Assembly (NCBI GenBank): GCA_030390025.1
Contig: CM059431.1
Coordinates: forward strand, 120,902,001-120,966,000
DNA from: Squalus acanthias
Taxonomy: Eukaryota
Direction of reading: 5' to 3'
DNA: 64,000 bases
Shown: positions 46,096-57,959 of the stretch, in pieces
How the letters are laid out: each line of letters begins with the position of its first letter
How positions within the stretch are numbered: the stretch's first letter is position 1
The notes under the pieces: generated by a model
What the model was told of the DNA's origin: nothing
What the model saw: only the letters and a program-made list of their open reading frames with translations
Database searches by the model: none
Program-made: the position numbers and the translations under genes

Positions 46096-47743
46096 TGTAA
46101 GGGATTCTGACCCTGCGTGTCTCGCAGCCTGTGAGATTCACGCGGCTCTGTGCAGCCTGTATGTCAGTGCGGGTCTAGGCCTTGTTGCCTGTTCTGGTCT
46201 CCAGCCAGTCTGGGAACACTAGACACACCTGTGAGTGGTTCGAATCACTCGCCCTTACGGTTCTAGACACTGGACTTAGATGCGAGAGCAGTAATGGAGA
46301 TGAAACTCATGTAGACTCGGTTGAATGGTACGAAATGGAAAATCTTTATTGCATGATACTTAAGATTATGAAATACATGTCATAAGCACAGATTAATGAC
46401 AGTACAATCTTACAAGCAGTTATATAGTCGATCTTAGGGAAACGAGGAACGAACGGCACATAGTAAATAGGGGCACACATTACAGATATCCTTAATCCTT
46501 AAACCCTCCCCTATCAATATCTATCCTAAACTAGATTCGTAGGATTTCGAGACTCATGCTCACCACTCGTGATAACTCGGAGAAATTCCGAATAGCTGAT
46601 CGGATGTTTTTCACCGCAGCACCCACGTGTCGGTCAGGAGATCTCCTGGTCCCACTTGTTTACTTGCTTCTGCTGCTCCGGCTAGCAGGCTGGAACGTCT
46701 GCTGTGATGAAGACCTGTGTTGGTTGGTTTAACAGGTACTTTTCGAGCACAGTTGTCAATATCCTCGATACGATATGTTTCCTTGCAAGTTCGAAGAAGT
46801 CTTCCTGGCAAGGAAAACTTGGCTAATTTGACCTACAGGCGCGGTCGGGATTTACTGACCGTGGCGATGGATATGGTCTTCCTCTCTTCTCATCTCATCT
46901 CATCTCATCTCATCTCATCTCGGGCCTTTGGTTCCGCTGCCAGTTACCAACATAGGTCTTCGTTACGCGACACGAGGTAGATCCGAACGGATCAGAAAGT
47001 TCAACAGTCCTTTTCAAAGAGGCAACAGGCAAGCAGGAGCCCAACTACGAGTACACAGGAGCAGCCACGAGGTTACGAATAAGAGCACAGGAGCAGCCAC
47101 GATGATAAGAAAAAGATGGACGGTTTGGAGCCTGCAATTATAGTGCAAAATCTTCCGTTTCCCGCCCAACTATAATGTCCATTCTTTTGTTTAGGGTCTG
47201 GCGCTCAAATGTCTTGTATGGGTGATCTCCGTTCTTAATGGGTTTCGGGGCTACTCGTAAATGTCTGAGTACCTGTTAATATTTCTCCCATTGTTAAATC
47301 GGTCGGTGTTCTCCCTGGAGGGGTTGTGGGGCTTCCAAGTGTTTTGTATAACTACCTGCTAACGGCTCTCTCATCGTAGAGTCGTTGGGATTTTACATAT
47401 TAATGTCTTTTGGATGGGCCCTTGATTACTCGGTACAATAGCTTTCATTTGTACCTGGGAGACCGATTTCAGTATTTATGTGTATACTGCAAACCCATAA
47501 TGTCTCGTGTATTATCTTCACTGTGCTGAATCTTAATCGATCTTGCACAAATGTTTATTGGAACGCCATCTTGTCTGCCTGTTGAAAAGTCTAGAATGTT
47601 CTGTCACGAGGTGCGGCGGCCATTTTACAGGCTGCTTGTGTCCACTTTAAACCTGGCAGCATTCTGCTGAAATAAAAGCTGTTTGAACGAAACTCTGTGT
47701 TTTCTCCTTATTAATAAAATCGCGATATATTGCGAATTCTACA
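46096..47743 (-). repeat. 5' LTR (1648 bp)
   Basis: Direct repeat of 38364-40011 at offset 7732. On minus it reads TGTAGAA...CTTACA and is followed by GAAAA and the PBS. Confidence 0.97.
47130..47170 (-). promoter_or_regulatory. Candidate LTR promoter (GC/E2F-like box TGGGCGGGAAA plus TATAAT)
   Basis: Minus strand gttgggcgggaaacgg...gcactataattgca, followed about 25 nt later by a pyrimidine-rich start-like sequence. A second TATA candidate, TATATAA, lies near 46420. Confidence 0.4.
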
Positions 47744-48470
47744 CCTTCTAATATCTTCTTTGGTTGGTCACCAATTTTGTTATGGTTACGCCTTTGCAAA
47801 GCACATTGGGCCATTTTTCTATCTTAACGGCGCTATATAAATGCGAGGTGTTCTTGCTCTGGCGTGGTGGGAGGCTGGTTTGAGTACATAATTCACCACA
47901 TGGTAAACGAATGATTTCAGCTGTACTGCTGCAGAAGTATGCACATATCCAGAGAAGAGCACAATCTATCAATTGTTAAAAATCCAGGGACTTGTACATG
48001 GCTGGAGTCAAGAGTTCAACCATTTGTGCCAGCTGTGAAAATACTAATTCATGCTGCAATTAAGATAAATTGAGAGAAGTACTGAGAATTAAGACAGCAT
48101 AGAAAATTGGCACTTGAAAATACTTCCCAGTGATCTCTTGAACAAGGCCAACTGCAGCAAGCTGACCATCTGCTCCCATCAGTGGAATTGCTGCTGTGGA
48201 AGTTAAATTCTAATGGGGCACGAAGAGAAGGCTGTTCTCATCCTATCTGTAACTATCTCTTGTGAAAAATTAACCTCCCGCCCCCATGCCTTGAAATAGT
48301 GATTCCAGCAGAATGGCCCTAATATTTACTCAGGACGTGAAGAGAGCAGGCGGGGTGGGGCTGGGGGAAGATTTCCAGACAGGAAACCCAGAAGTAAAGA
48401 GTTTCACGGACATCCTGCTGAACTTTTTCAGAGATCAGGGTGGTGTGGGAGCTGGCAAACAGTGATAGAT

Positions 48471-51400
48471 GGAGTCGGAGATCGGGGGTGGAGGGGGAGA
48501 TCGGGGGTGAGTCGGAGATGGAGGGGGGATTCGGAGATCGAGGGGGGATTCGGAGACCGAGGGGGGAGTCGGAGATCGCGGGGGAGTCGGAGATCGGGGG
48601 GGAGTCGGAGATCGAGGGTGGCAGTCGGAGATCGAGGGTGGAGTCGGAGATCGAGGGTGGAGTCGGAGATCGAGGGTGGTGTCGGAGATCGAGGGTGGAG
48701 TCGGAGATCGATGGTGGAGTCGGAGATCGAGGGGGTGTCGGAGATCGGGGGGGTGTCAGAGAACGGGTAGGAGGGGGAGATCGGGGGTGGAGGGTGAGAT
48801 CGAGGGGCAGTCGGAGATCGGGGACAGTTGGAGATCGAGGGGCAGTCGGAGATCGGGGGAGGGGAGATCGAGGGGGGAGTCGGAGATCGAGGGGGGAGTC
48901 AGAGATCGGGGTGGAGGGGAGATCGAGGGGGGAGTCGGAGATCGAGGGGGGAGTCGGAGATCGAGGGGAGGAGTCGGAGATCGAGGCGGGAGTCGGAGAT
49001 CAGGGGGGAGTCGGAGATCGAGGGGGGAGATCGAGGGGGGTGTCGGAGATCGAGGGTGTAGTCGGAGATCGATGGTGGAGTCGAAGATCGAGGGGGGTGT
49101 CGGAGATCGGGGGGGTGTCAGAGATCGGGTAGGAGGGGGAGATCGAGGGTGAGATCGAGGGGCAGTCGGAGATCGAGGGGCAGTCGGAGATCGGGGACAG
49201 TTGGAGATCGAGGGGCAGTCGGAGATCGGGGGGAGGGGAGATCGCGGGGGGAGTCGGAGATCGAGGGTGGAGGGGGTGATCGAGGGTGGAGGGGGTGATC
49301 GAGGGGGGAGGGGGAGATCGAGGGGGGAGGGGGAGATCGTGGGGGGAGTCGGAGATCGGGGGGCTGTCGGAGATCGAGGGGAGGAGTCGGAGATCGAGTG
49401 GGAGAGTCGGAGATTGAGGGAGGAGTCGGAGATCGAGGGTGGAGTCGGAGATCGGGGGGGAGGGAGAGATCGGGTGGCTGTCGGATATCGAGGGTGGAAT
49501 CGGAGATCGAGGGGGGAGTTGGAGATCGAGGGGGGAGAGGGAGATCGGGGAGATTCGGAGATCGAGGGGAGAGGGGGAGATCGAGGGTGGAGTCGGAGAT
49601 CGGGGGGGGAGGGAGAGATCGGGTGGCTGTCGGATATCGAGGGTGGAATCGGAGATCGAGGGGGGAGTTGGAGATCGAGGGGGGAGAGGGAGATCGGGGA
49701 GATTCGGAGATCGAGGGGAGATCGGGGGGAGTCGGAGATCAAGGGGGGAGTCGGAGATCGAGGGGGGAGGGGGAGATCAAGGGGGGAAGGGGAGATCGGG
49801 GGGAAGTCGGAGATCGAGGGGAGATCGGGGGAAGTCGGAGATCAAGGGGGGAGTCGGAGATCGAGGGGGGAGGGGGAGATCGAGGGGGGAGTCGGAGATC
49901 GAGGGGGGAGGGGGAGATTGAGGGGGGAGGGGGAGATCGAGGGGGGAGTCGGAGACCGAGCGGGGAATCGGAGATCGAGGGGGGAGGGGGAGATCGAGGG
50001 GGAGGGGCAGATCGAGGGGGGAGTCGGAGATCGAGGGGGGAGTCGGAGATCGAGGGGGGAGTCGGAAAACGAGGGGTGAGGGGGAGATCGGGGGCGAGTT
50101 GGAGATTGAGGGGCGAGTCGGAGATTGAGGGGCGAGTCGGAGATCGAGGGGGGAGTCGGAGATCGAGGGTGGAGTCGGAGATTGAGGGGGGGAGTCGGAG
50201 ATCGAGGGTGGAGTCAGAGATCGAGGGGGGGAGTCGGAGATCGGGGGGGAATCGGAGATCGAGGGGGGGAGTCGGAGATCGGGGGGGAGGGAGAAATCGG
50301 GTGGCTGTCGGAGATTGAGGGTGGAATCGGAGATCGAGGGGGGTGTTGGAGATCGAGGGGGGAGGGGGAGATCGGGGGGCATCGGAGATCAAGGGGGGAG
50401 GGGGAGATCGAGGGTGGAGTCGGAGATCAGGGAGGAGGGGGAGATCGGGGGCTGTCGGAGATCGAGGGTGGAATCGGAGATCGAGGGGGGAGTTGGAGAT
50501 CGAGGGGGGAGAGGGAGATCGGGGGGATTCGGAGATCGAGGGGGGAGGGGGAGATCGGGGGGAGGGGAGATCGGGGGGAGTCGGAGATCGAGGGGGGAGG
50601 GGGAGATTGCGGGGGGTGAATCGGAGATCGAGGGGGGAAGGGGAGATAGAGGGGGGAGTCGGAGATTGAGGGGGGAGTCGGAGATCGAGGGGAGGAGTTG
50701 GAGATCGAGGGGGGAGGGGGAGATCGAGGATGGAGTCGGAGATCGAGGGGGGAGGGGGAGATCGAGGATGGAGTCGGAGATCGAGGGGGAAGGGGAGATC
50801 GAGGGGGGAGTCGGAGATCGAGGGGGGAGTCGGAGATCGAAGGGAGGAGTCGGAGATCGAGGGGGGGAGTCGGAGATTGAGGTGGGAGGCTGAGATCAAG
50901 GGGGGAGTCAGAGATTGGGGGCGAGTCGGAGATCGGGGGTGAGGGGGAGATCGAGGGGGGAGGGGTAGATTGGGGGGGAGTCGGAAATCGAGGGGGGAGG
51001 GGGAAATCGGGGGGGAGTCGGAGATCAAAGGGGGAGTCGGAGATCGAGGGGGGAGGGGGAGATCGAGGGAAGTCGGAGATCGGGGGGGAGTCAGAGATCT
51101 GGGGGGAGTCGGAGATCGAGGGGGGGAGTCGGAGATCGAGGGGGGGAGTCGGAGATCGAGGGGCGAGTCGGAGATCGAGGGGGGGAGTCGGAGATCGAGG
51201 GTGGAGGGGGAGATCGAGGGGAGTCGGAGATCGAGGGGTGATGGGGAGATCGAGGGCGGAGTTGGAGATCGGGGGGGAGTCGGAGATCGAGGGGGAAGTC
51301 GAAGATCGAGGGGGGAGGGGGAGATCGAGGGGGGAGGGGGAGATCGAGGGGGGAAGGGGAGATCGAGGGGGGAGTCGGAGGTCGAGGGGGCAGTCGGAGA

Positions 51401-52186
51401 TCGAGTGGGGAGTCGGAGATCGGGCGGGGGAGTCGGAGATTGGGGGGGCAGTCGGAGATCGGGGGGGAGTCGGAGATCGGGGGGAGAGGGGGAGATCAAG
51501 GGGGAGTCGGAGATTGAGGGGGAGTCGGAGATTGAGGGGGAGTCGGAGATCGAGGGGGAGTCGGAGATCGGGGGGAGTCGGAGATCGGGGGGGGAGTTGG
51601 AGATCGGGGACGGAGTCGGAGATCGAGGGGGGAGTCGGAGATCGGGGTTTGTCGGAGATCGAGGGGGTGTCGGAGATTTGTGGGCTGTCGGAGATCGGGG
51701 GGGAGTCGGAGATCGGGGGTGGAGGGGGAGTCGGAGATCGAGGGGGGAGTCGGAGATTTAGGGGGTTTGTCGGAGATCGAGGGGGGAGTCGGAGATCGAG
51801 GGGGGAGTCAGAGATCGAGGGGGGAGTCGGAGATAGTGGGGGGGAGTCGGAGATCGAGGGGGGAGTCGGAGATCGGGGTTTGTCGGAGATCGAGGGGGTG
51901 TCGGAGATTTGTGGGGTGTCGGAGATCGGGGGGGAGTCGGAGATCGTGGGTGGAGGGGGAGTCGGAGATCGAGGGGGGAGTCGGAGATTTAGGGGGTTTG
52001 TCGGAGATCGAGGTGGGAGTCGGAGATCGAGGGGGGAGTCAGAGATCGAGGGGGGAGTCGGAGATAGTGGGGGGGAGTCGGAGATCGAGGGGGGAGTCGG
52101 AGATAGTGGGGGGAGTCGGAGATCGAGGGGGGAGTCGGAGATTGGAGGGAAGTCGGAGATTGTGGGCGGAGTCGGAGATCGGGGGG
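48471..52186 (+). repeat. G-rich minisatellite, unit ~GGAGTCGGAGATCGAGGGG (variable G runs)
   Basis: Roughly 200 copies of the GAGATCG core; strongly strand-asymmetric. Confidence 0.97.
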
Positions 52187-52432
52187 TAGACAGTGTTCAG
52201 AGGTGGTTGGAAGAGTCGGAGATTGTGGACGGTAGGTGGAGTTCAGCTGGTTGTGCGAGGTGGGGGTGGGTCAACCAAACACAGGATGTGTTAAGAGGTT
52301 GGCTTTTTGAGCTTCAGGAAACACTCCCGCTCCTCCTGCCCCATAAGCTACTTAACTCATCGAGCTGGGCTTTCTTCTTTTACCTGCTGTGCTTCCCAAG
52401 CCCCGGGAAACCCGGCCTCCTTGGGTTAAAAA

Positions 52433-52906
52433 TTAAAACCTTTTAAAATGCACATTGAGGGAGTGAAAACCCTTGCGGTTCACAAACACACCTGGGTGAT
52501 GTGGGGGTACTTTGATGGCCACATGTGTGCACTTGATGAAGCCCTGCTCCTGTGGGAAGACAGACAGAGCTGCAAAGCCGTGCACCCGCTCAGTAACACT
52601 GGCTTCATCAGTGGCAAAGTTGACATAATTGGCTGACTTGTGAAACATGGCATTGGTCACCTGGGTAATGCATTTGTGGGCAGCCCATTGCGAGATCCTG
52701 CAAATGTCTGCTGGAAATCCCTGGAAGGAGCCTGAGGCGAAAAAGTGGAGGGCGCTGGTGACTTTGACAGCCACTGGTAATGTGTGTCCACCTGCTCCTC
52801 TGGGCAGCAGGTCTTGTTCCAGCAAGTTACAAATATGTGTGATGACCTGGCGCAATAGCCTGAGCCTCCTTCGGCACTGCTGCTCAGTCATGTTGAGGAA
52901 GCTCAT
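52433..52906 (-). pseudogene. Harbinger (HARBI1-like) transposase fragment
   Basis: [27 protein letters not shown] and [12 protein letters not shown]; truncated at the satellite side. Confidence 0.85.
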
Positions 52907-54037
52907 CCTCTGCCTGTGTTGGGGGTATCACCTCCGGTGCGGTGCACCCCTGTGCTCACCCCTTCTCTCCTGTGGAGCATCAGGTCGGCGAGGAGAAGGC
53001 TGCTGCTGTTGTTGCTGCTGCTGCTGCTGGTGTGGCTGGTGTTGTTGGTGCTGGGGCTCATTTTGGTCCGACTCTTAGGTCCAAGGTGAGACAGCATAAG
53101 TGACACCCATGCTGATCTGATAGATGCCAGGTAAAGTAGAGATCAGAGGCCCAATCTTCCAATGTAGTGAGAGTGACTATCAGTGTAGTGAGATTGGTTT
53201 CCGAGGCTGCAGAAATCACCTGCAAACTCCTGCCAGCTAAATCTCTGCACAAAATGGTGTCAGCAAGAGCCTTTCCCTTAGGCAAGGAAGCAGGTGTAAG
53301 GTGTGAGTATTTATGTGCTTTTTCCAGCTGTCACTTAATGAACTCACAGAATGGCCACTGAGCTTCTGCCTCCCCTTCACTGGTGGGGTTCCCGAGGTGC
53401 GTGAATCCCGTGAGCAACCAGTTAAAGTTCAAACCTGACATTAAAAAGGCAGTTAAGGGTCTGTAAACGAGCAATTAACAACCTCAGTGAGGTCGCCCGC
53501 CTCTCCCGAGCGGGTCCGTGGCGCACCTCGATACTCGCCCCAGTGAAAGGCGGAAGTCAGCAGGATGATGGTGGGTTCCCCACGCGCTGTCAATTTCAGC
53601 GCTTTTAATCGCCGATCTGCTCCCAAACATGCACGCTCTCCAATGTGAAAATTATGGCCACTGCTTCTGTCTACATGACTTTAATTTGTCTGCTCCCACA
53701 TGGTTTTCTGTTTACATTAGATCTCCAAAATGTCTATTGTCATACTCCATACTACAGTGCAGAATGCAACAGGTAACAAAGGATTTCTCAAAGGATATGC
53801 TTTAACGTATCACCTGTGAAGATCCTTTCGCTTAGGTTTGTGGATTTAGTATTGAAGTTATGGTCAATTGCTTTGAACAGTAGTTTCTGATTGACTGTGA
53901 CTATAGGCCACCTTGAGATACAGAATGGTATACACACTTCCCATAAGAAAACACAGATGGTTAGTCAGTTACCAATTGTTTCTCTTTCTTGATATAGGTA
54001 AATGTGAGAAGTCGCACAACACCAGGTTATAGTCCAA

Positions 54038-54931
54038 GGGGTAGAAATTAGGTCGCGCCCCATTTGGGGCGCAAATATCGTCTGGACGCAAATATTAGCG
54101 CCTGGCGCTAATTATCGGCACTGACTGGAAACTTCACTTTTACCGCCCCGGGAGGTGAGTGGAGCGCTAAAGCAGGCGCTGCACACCTGTCTTAAGGTGC
54201 AAAGGCCGAGCAGTGAGGCGCTAACTCAGAGCGCTGGCGAAGCTCATGTAATGTCAGTCAGCAATGGAACACACACACAATGGCACAGGCCAGTTCTTAA
54301 AGGGGATGGTTAATCTTGCTTTCCATCCACATCCTGTTCATTGCAGCCTTGAATCTCGGCCTGGAGAGACTTGCACATCAAATGTGCTGGAAAGAACAAT
54401 GGAGAGTACCAGGCAAAGAGCTCAGAGTGCAGCTCCCACAGTCTCTGCTAAATCGATACAAGGAATGGAAAATCAAAATGAACCTGCAAAGTGCTGCTCA
54501 GTACCCAAAACTCCTTCACACAACGTTGAATCTCTCCAGAAGTCTCTCCCTCTCTCTCTCAGAATGCGTAGTTCAAAAATGCCACCAACAATAAAAGACA
54601 GGAAGAGGCCCCCTTTAAATAGCGCCCCCCCCCAGCCCCACAGCGATTGATAGCGTTCCAGTCTTCTGGTCGTTGGAAGCGCCAGGCGGTAAGGCAGGGG
54701 GCGCCACTCAATTTCCGCTCCGGGGCGCCACAAGGGTATTGCACCATGGAATGACGTCACAATCTGCGCGCGCAGGTGGTCGCAGCGGTAAGTTTTAGCG
54801 CCGCCGCACAATGTCAAGTTAAGTTCCCGAGCGGCGCAAACATCGCTGCGCCCGGGCGTTAGCGGCTTTGCGCCCCATTAGCGCCCTCTTAAGGCGCTAA
54901 CGGGAGGCGCAACCAACTGAATTTTTACCCC
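54038..54931. mobile_element. Harbinger-type MITE rich in GGCGC motifs
   Basis: TIRs GGGGTAGAAATT...AATTTTTACCCC; CAA/TAA flanks. Confidence 0.75.
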
Positions 54932-55503
54932 TAACAGTTTTATTTGAAATCACAAGCTTTCGGAGCGCTGCTCCTTCATCAGGTGAAGTGAAGAGATGTA
55001 TATAGGCACAGCATATATAGTCAGAGAACACTGCCAGACGATCTTCAGGTAAGCGTTCTCCAAGGCGGCCTTCGAGACACACGACAACGCAAAATCGTCG
55101 AGCAAAAACTGATAGCCAAGTTCCGCACCAATGAGGACAGCCTCAACCGGGATCTTGGGTTCATGTCACGCTACATGTAACCCCACCTGACGTAGAGTCA
55201 TCCAGACTCGAGTCGTCGTTGGCTTGTTCTCTCTACACAGATGCGACCGGACCTGCTGTGATTTCCAGCAAAAAAAGTATTTTGTTTTCCATACAGACCC
55301 CAGCATCTGACCCCTTGTGACCCCACCTCATTATCTTTGATGTAATGTCTTCCTGACTGACCTGGTTGGACACCATCCACACCTTTGATTGCCGTGATTA
55401 TCTCTCTGCCGAGGTGTGATAAAGGGCAGTTAGAAAGATTAACTGTAATCATCTGGCAGTGTTCTCTGACTATGTATGCTGTGCCTATATGCATCTCTTC
55501 ACT

Positions 55504-55540
55504 TCACCTGACGAAGGAGCAGTGCTCCGAAAGCTTGTGA
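55504..55540 (+). ncRNA. Minimal hammerhead ribozyme motif (mirror copy at 54950-54986 on minus)
   Basis: tcac-CTGACGA-a-ggagc-agt-gctcc-GAAA-GC-TT-gtga. Confidence 0.78.
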
Positions 55541-57959
55541 TTTCAAAGAAAACTGTTGGACTATAACCTGGTGTTGTGCGACTTCTCACTTTTGTCCACC
55601 CCAGTCCAACACCGGCATCTCCACATCATTGATATAGGTAGGGGGATGATGGTTAGTGAACCTAAGTATCACAGCAATACAAGGGAAATCACTTTGTGTC
55701 TCACAGTCTGACTCCCAGTTTTTCCAATTCAGATCTGAAAGGTATAAGCACAGCATGAGGTTACAACAGCAATTTGTTTCTATACAACACTTGCAAATCC
55801 ACTTCTGACCCCTTACACTGGCATTGGACATACAGCTTCTGAAACCAATGTAGGTCAAAACAATGAAACTGTCAATCCTGAAGGGTCCTGGACTTTTAAT
55901 GGTGTGATCATGATATCGCCATTAATCAGCATTGTTACTTTATACATTGCCTTTGTATAAGAGAATTACTTTGGTTTATGACATTTACCTGTAATATAAA
56001 CATGGACAGGGAAATTGAATGAGTATCATTTTTGAATTATTTAACAGCATGTTAGCATAGAACATACCAACAGGCCTCCTTTGCATAAGACACCCACAGA
56101 ATGGACCAGCTGTAGAAGGCAGAGCAGCACAAACTATGACATGGAAAACAATTTCTGCCAAAGCACGATAGAAGAAGTAAAATATGTGGTCACAAAATGG
56201 TACAGAGTTTAATCGCACAGCTTCACGGTGGAGAACTGTTCAAAACAAACTTGAAATGTTCAAGTTATAAGAAATCAGGGCCTAGCATAGTATCTTGTTA
56301 CGTCAGTGGTTGCTGTATGCTGTTACTGCCACACCCTGTCTTGTTTGAAGTGTAGATATCAGCTGTAACGATACAACAAATGAACAATCAGTGAATGAAG
56401 TGAATAAGCTTGTAATGTGATGCACTTAGTTAAATTTTAAGCTGGAAGTCTAAATGGCTCAGTAAGTAAAAGATCAAAGTACCAGATATGAAATTTCCCT
56501 CGTTCCACTGTCCCTTAAGGGACGTTAGCTTCTTTAATCAGCTACATGTGAAAATAGTTTTGAACCCTGAAGTGATTATGCTTTAAGAAAAAATACGTGG
56601 AAAGTGTTCTCAGTGACATCTGTGTAACATTTTTCATACTATAGCATATATCCACCCAGCAATCATGAGCTTCAGAGGGAGACATTAATCTCCTCACAGA
56701 CTGTGTGATCTATCGCACATCCCACAAAGATGTACCTTTTACTTCTCGATACCTTTCATTGCGATTCAGAAAAGCAGGCTTTAGGGAATATTAACAAAGG
56801 TAGAGGGACAGGTAAAATACACACAGGGAGAACATGTGATCCTACACAAGGGAATTCATGTATTAGATATAGAAACTCCTTCAGGCAAAATGCAGGGAAA
56901 GTGGCCACTGATGTTTCAGGGTCACAGAGGGTTAACAGATTATTGCATTTATCAATAATCAGAAATATGACTCAGCCAAAATGAATATCCTGTGAACGGA
57001 CCATCTTGTTTCTTTTAGTTAAATGTATGTGTTTTTGATAATATGCTACACTGAACTTGGATACAAATGTCATGTCCTGGTTTCACTTTGATCAAGGCAC
57101 ATATATTGTTCGGCACTGAGATATGATACTGAAAGCCCTGCAAAAACTTCCATCAGTAAAGCAAGCTTCATGGGACTTTGTCAAATGAATAACAGAAGGC
57201 TTTTTGTGTGAGACCACATACGCATCAAAATGGCAGATGCCCTTATTTTCAATGGTTAAACTGATCTCTCTGTAAGTGCACTGGGCATCTGCTGTTGCCA
57301 AACAATGCTAAATTCTATATGTTACAATGAAGTACCTTTGGCATGCCTTGATAACACTGATGTAGTGAGCAGAGCAGACTTGTCTCATTGCAAGTTAATA
57401 ATTAGCTGTCTGACTTCTGATGTTGTGCCATATTAAGGCATCATTGCATTTCTCTCCCATCAATGGATTGAGTGAATCTTACTTTTATTCATCTTGCTTG
57501 ATATTTTCTGTGAAGGCGATGTGAAGCATAAGCTGTGCTCACAGAAATGCAATGATATCATATGTAGCACAATCTTTATAGCCAAAACGTTAAACACTTA
57601 TGAATCTTCCTTTGTTTATCAGAGGTTAGTTTTGTTCACATAACAGAATGGGTGCTTTGTGAGATGAACATTTTTTAGAGGAACAGCAATAATGATGTAG
57701 TCTACATAAGCTCGTCGCTGGTCTACAAAGCTGATATGAAGTGAAATTTAGTCCGCATTTACAAATAGCGCATAAGTGAGTGCTGAATGACTTGTCTAGA
57801 TTAGGACCTGAACATTCAAACATATAGTAGCTACTTCCATTAAAACAAAATTGAAATAATTGGGAACAACTGCCATTCTTTATAAATCCTTGAATAAAAT
57901 AGGGAAAGTAGCTATCACAGTGAATTCACTTATAATCACTGGAGGGTCTCGATCTGATC

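Larger units (their letters stand above)
38364..47743 (-). mobile_element. Young endogenous LTR retroelement/provirus: LTR-PBS-gag-(readthrough ORF X)-env-PPT-LTR, no recognisable pol
   Basis: Two 1648-bp direct repeats with TG...CA termini. 4-bp TSD CCTT at 38360-38363 and 47744-47747. PBS and PPT abut the LTRs in minus orientation. Gag-like and Env-like ORFs lie on the minus strand. Confidence 0.96.
48315..53659. mobile_element. Harbinger element containing expanded minisatellite and transposase remnant
   Basis: GGCC-type termini; transposase frame at 52433-52906. Confidence 0.65.
54003..55627. mobile_element. Second Penelope family: inverted terminal repeats with hammerheads flanking a GIY-YIG C-terminal remnant; left repeat split by a MITE
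   Basis: 54003-54037 plus 54932-55040 is the inverse of ~55450-55590. DLQVSVLQGGLRDTRQRKIVEQKLIAKFRT...LNRDLGF at ~55040-55180. Confidence 0.78.

Noticed and set aside
48471..52186. CRISPR-like repeat array
   Set aside because: No unique spacers, eukaryotic context and no cas genes.
48440..52446. Many long Gly/Arg/Ser/Glu- or Pro-rich ORFs (up to 586 aa)
   Set aside because: They are translations of a stop-poor minisatellite in several frames, with no sign of a real gene.
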